Positions 60,902 to 64,000 of a stretch of DNA of 64,000 nt are shown piece by piece; within the stretch, counting starts at the first letter, position 1, and every line of letters begins with the position of its first letter. Location of the stretch: the NCBI GenBank assembly GCA_043228905.1, contig JBHGNT010000015.1:3534001-3598000 (forward strand), written 5' to 3'. The stretch comes from Azolla caroliniana (taxonomy: Eukaryota; Plantae; Polypodiophyta). Under the pieces are notes generated by a model that was given only the letters and a program-made list of their open reading frames with translations, was not told the origin of the DNA and did no database searches. The position numbers and the translations under genes are program-made.

Positions 60902-63307
60902 CATAGATGGGGCGTTTAAGGTGAGAAATGGTGCTATGGTGTTTTCGAAAGCCAGCTTGTCCATAAGCTCTCTTACCATTTTTTCCAGCCCATACACTTA
61001 TCTTTGATTCCATTATACATCCAAATAGTTTTGCCATTAATGAGCCAACCATGATGGTTCGATAGTTGTTTACATTATTTACATCTCCACCTTTATGTAA
61101 AGGTTTGATCCAATTTGTAGTCCAATCGTACGACATACCATGTTGCAATGTATCATTAAACATATCGCTTATCCATACATGTGCTTCCTTTCCCGTCCAT
61201 TTAAGCATTTCAACCTTTATACATTGAAGATTGCTTGCCTTTCGAGAGGCCAATTTCGTAAGTCCTATGTGAGAGATAACTCATATAAATTCTTACAATG
61301 CATAGACAAGTCGTGAAGAGTTAAGTCACCATAACTCTCAACACGTTTCCCCTTTAGATTTCCCCAAAATTTAGCACATGCATGTGCTTTCTCTTGCGTG
61401 TGGATAAATTGTTGAGTAACTTCCCATATTCTTCTCTTTCTTTGAATAAGCCTTTTATACTCATGCAAATGCTTTTGGTAATTCTCTTTATCCTTAACTA
61501 CACCCAAAACCATAAGGCACTTTCAAGCTTCACGACATTCTTTATCAAACCATTTTTTCCTAAGTTTCTTGGTGCATTTCCAAGATGTGCAGTTGGTCGA
61601 AAAACATTTGTTGTATAGGAGAGAATGACTTTCTTGAAAGCTTCCCATTTGCATTCTAGTGTGGCACCATGTTGTGTCTTTGTCATTTGTAACGTATCCT
61701 CAACCATCTTGGAATACATGGGTGCTCGCTTAAGGTTCATGCTCAAGTGCGGTTGTTTATTATCTTCAATAGTCTTCTCACAATCAAACCTATGCATACA
61801 TTTGAGATCAATACATAAAGGCCTATTATTAGATTCCGGTGTCCATTCACCAAGTTAGAATTTATGTATACGATCCAAAATACCTTCGAAAAGTAGCACA
61901 TAATCAATCACACTATTTCCGTTGTGTTTTCTACTTTTAAAACCATTAGTGTTGGAAATACCATTTGCAATAAGCAATCTGGTACTATTCCACATTTGTA
62001 GGAGTAACTTCCCAAATTGGTCCGGATCTTTTTCATCGCTAGAAGAGCGGCTATACATTTGCATATCCTCTTGCATCCTTGAGATATGTGGCATGAAAGA
62101 TTCTTGTGAATCGAGTTGGAAACTTCTTGTACGAGCATTCATGTCACCAAAGACAATAACTTCCCATTTGGATTTGAAATAAGCAATATCATCTTCTAGA
62201 TTGGCAAAAGGTTGATCTTTATCCAAACAAGCATAAAAGTTAGAAACTTGATGAGGAATGTACCATCCAACTACACAAGTGGGCAAATCATTAAGTGTTT
62301 CTATTTTGGGCCATATGTAGCATTTATGTTCATCATTTTTTATGATTGACACATATTTCTCTATTTCCTTCTTAATCAAACATGCCACCCCTCCTTATCC
62401 TCTTCTTTGTCTTGGATTTTTCTTCCATATCAAAGAGTGTACATTATAGTTTCCTAAACCTTGAATCCTTTGAGTATCATGTTCCCATGTTTCAAGAAGA
62501 AGTGTCATATCCGAGTCATCGGTGAACTCCTCTATGCCAAATCCTGCATTCCATGGGTATCCATTGCAATTCTAAAAGCATAGTCGTAAAAGGCGTGGGT
62601 TAGTCTCATAGGTCACGTGTCCCTATTTGCCTACATTTCCATCTTTAGGTACATCCTTAACCTTATTTTTCAATCTTTCTTCATATGCTTTACGACGGGC
62701 ATTTTGTTGTGAGATAGTACGATCTTCACTTACAAAGCATTGCGTACCTTTGAGGTATACCCAACTATTTTCGAGTATGATCCGCCGCTTTGTATCATCT
62801 GTCATTGTGCATACAATAGGCCTTTCTCCGGAGAGAGTAACACCATGTTTCCCAACTCAGTGTGCCCCATATACATTCACATCTGACATCCCATAATGCA
62901 TGCTAAAAAAAATCACCAATGAACACGTTTGCATTCAGAAGTGGAAGGATCGCGCAAAAATGGAAGGATAAGGAATATTCCCTCAAATTTTGGGGTTTAT
63001 ATACTCTATTCACAAAACGTAATGATACCAGTATCACATGTTCTCAAAATGTCGTTGGAAAACCTCAAAAAATCATCATTTCCTAAACTTGGAAAAACGC
63101 TAAAATTATGCTATAATCGAAATGGTACAATGTTCATTATCATTGAGAAGTCAAGAAGTAATGTATTTTGTAACAAACAATGTCTGTACAAAGCAATAAT
63201 ATTTCTAAACAATATTTACGCATATTTCGAGTATTACAAACGACACTCTCTTACATTAGATACCAAAATATCATTGAGGAGTGTAAAATTTACAAAAATC
63301 ACTCGTA

Positions 63308-63907
63308 TCATGATCTAGAGTTGCTACTATAACTAATATACAATGCAAATTGTTCCTCGTCATCTTTGGATGTACCTATTAAGGTATTGTCTTCATCTAA
63401 AACTAGATGTTGACATTCCATGTTATGTATAGACGATCTTGTTTGCCTTCGACATGAGACCCCTTGTAGGATAGGTAATTTCTCCTTGATAATATCTATT
63501 GTAGACTTCCTGAGACGTCTAGCTTTTGTTAGTGTGAAGTCGTAAACAATAATATCTACGTCACCAATGTCTAGGCATGAAATGCTATGAATATTTCTTT
63601 TCCTCTTTCTATTCCCCCTTGACCGTGGACATTCCATCATCTCTAAAGCATACTTGCCGGTAAAGGCATTTTTGCTTTTAGTGTTGTACCAATGCACCTT
63701 TATAGACTGGATTTGGCTTTGGTTCTCATGCATCACCACATCTAAAACCTTACCAATCCAAAATTGATGTCCCAGCTCATTATCATCAGCAGGTGTAGCA
63801 ATTAACATACCCATCTTCAATTCTTGCAAGTTCCCTTGCCACCTTGCTTCCGCTGTTTTTGTCAGTCTGGGTCCAACATATATGTCCCTTTGTGGTGGAT
63901 GGAGCAA
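63308..63907 (-). pseudogene. C-terminal part of an unidentified, probably DNA-transposon-derived protein (Tudor/BAH-like FWIGKV...VHWY...FTLTK)
   Basis: 199-aa ORF with globular composition and an NLS-like RKRKR; probably continues beyond the window end. Confidence 0.4.
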
Positions 63908-64000
63908 GCTATCATTAATCGCATTAGGTGCAAGAGGAGAAGTCCGAGAATTACGACACTGTTGTATATTCTAGGTGAAGGGTATTTGCACGGTCCAAGT

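Larger units (their letters stand above)
55162..62920 (-). mobile_element. RTE-X-like LINE with ORF1 fragment, EN, RT start and C-terminal Cys/His finger; central RT deleted; hosts the Copia insertion; (ATCT)n tail at 55162-55208
   Basis: ORF1-like LKGTQCFVSEDRT (62623-62805); EN FGDMNART and SVIDYVL; RT start PLHKGGD..NNYRTI..QAGFRKHHST; C-terminus LCTLC..ESEYHTLIQC.AFDHIR. Confidence 0.8.

Overview
Eukaryotic, AT-rich plant nuclear DNA; the transposon lineages suggest a non-seed land plant (inference). It holds two intact host genes: a 23-exon class VIII myosin (+, 4581-15688, with a 14-nt microexon) and an 8-exon PP2C phosphatase (-, 44274-47318, 430 aa). The rest is a nested transposon landscape. 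It includes a decayed Ty3/Gypsy pol with fungal-type motifs, a decayed Copia apparently inserted at the start of an L1 ORF1, and a second L1 interrupted by a 3.5-kb gag-only LTR element. That element has a tRNA-Trp PBS, a 4-bp TSD and a tRNA-like Pol III A/B-box module in both LTRs. There is also a pristine GC-rich Tnt1/Tork-like Copia with apparently identical LTRs, sitting in the scrambled deletion junction of an RTE-X-like LINE. Smaller items are several RTE-X-like 3' ends, two related hAT MITEs, a Mutator MITE, SINE-like heads and mini/microsatellites. All coordinates were read by eye and no database search was run.
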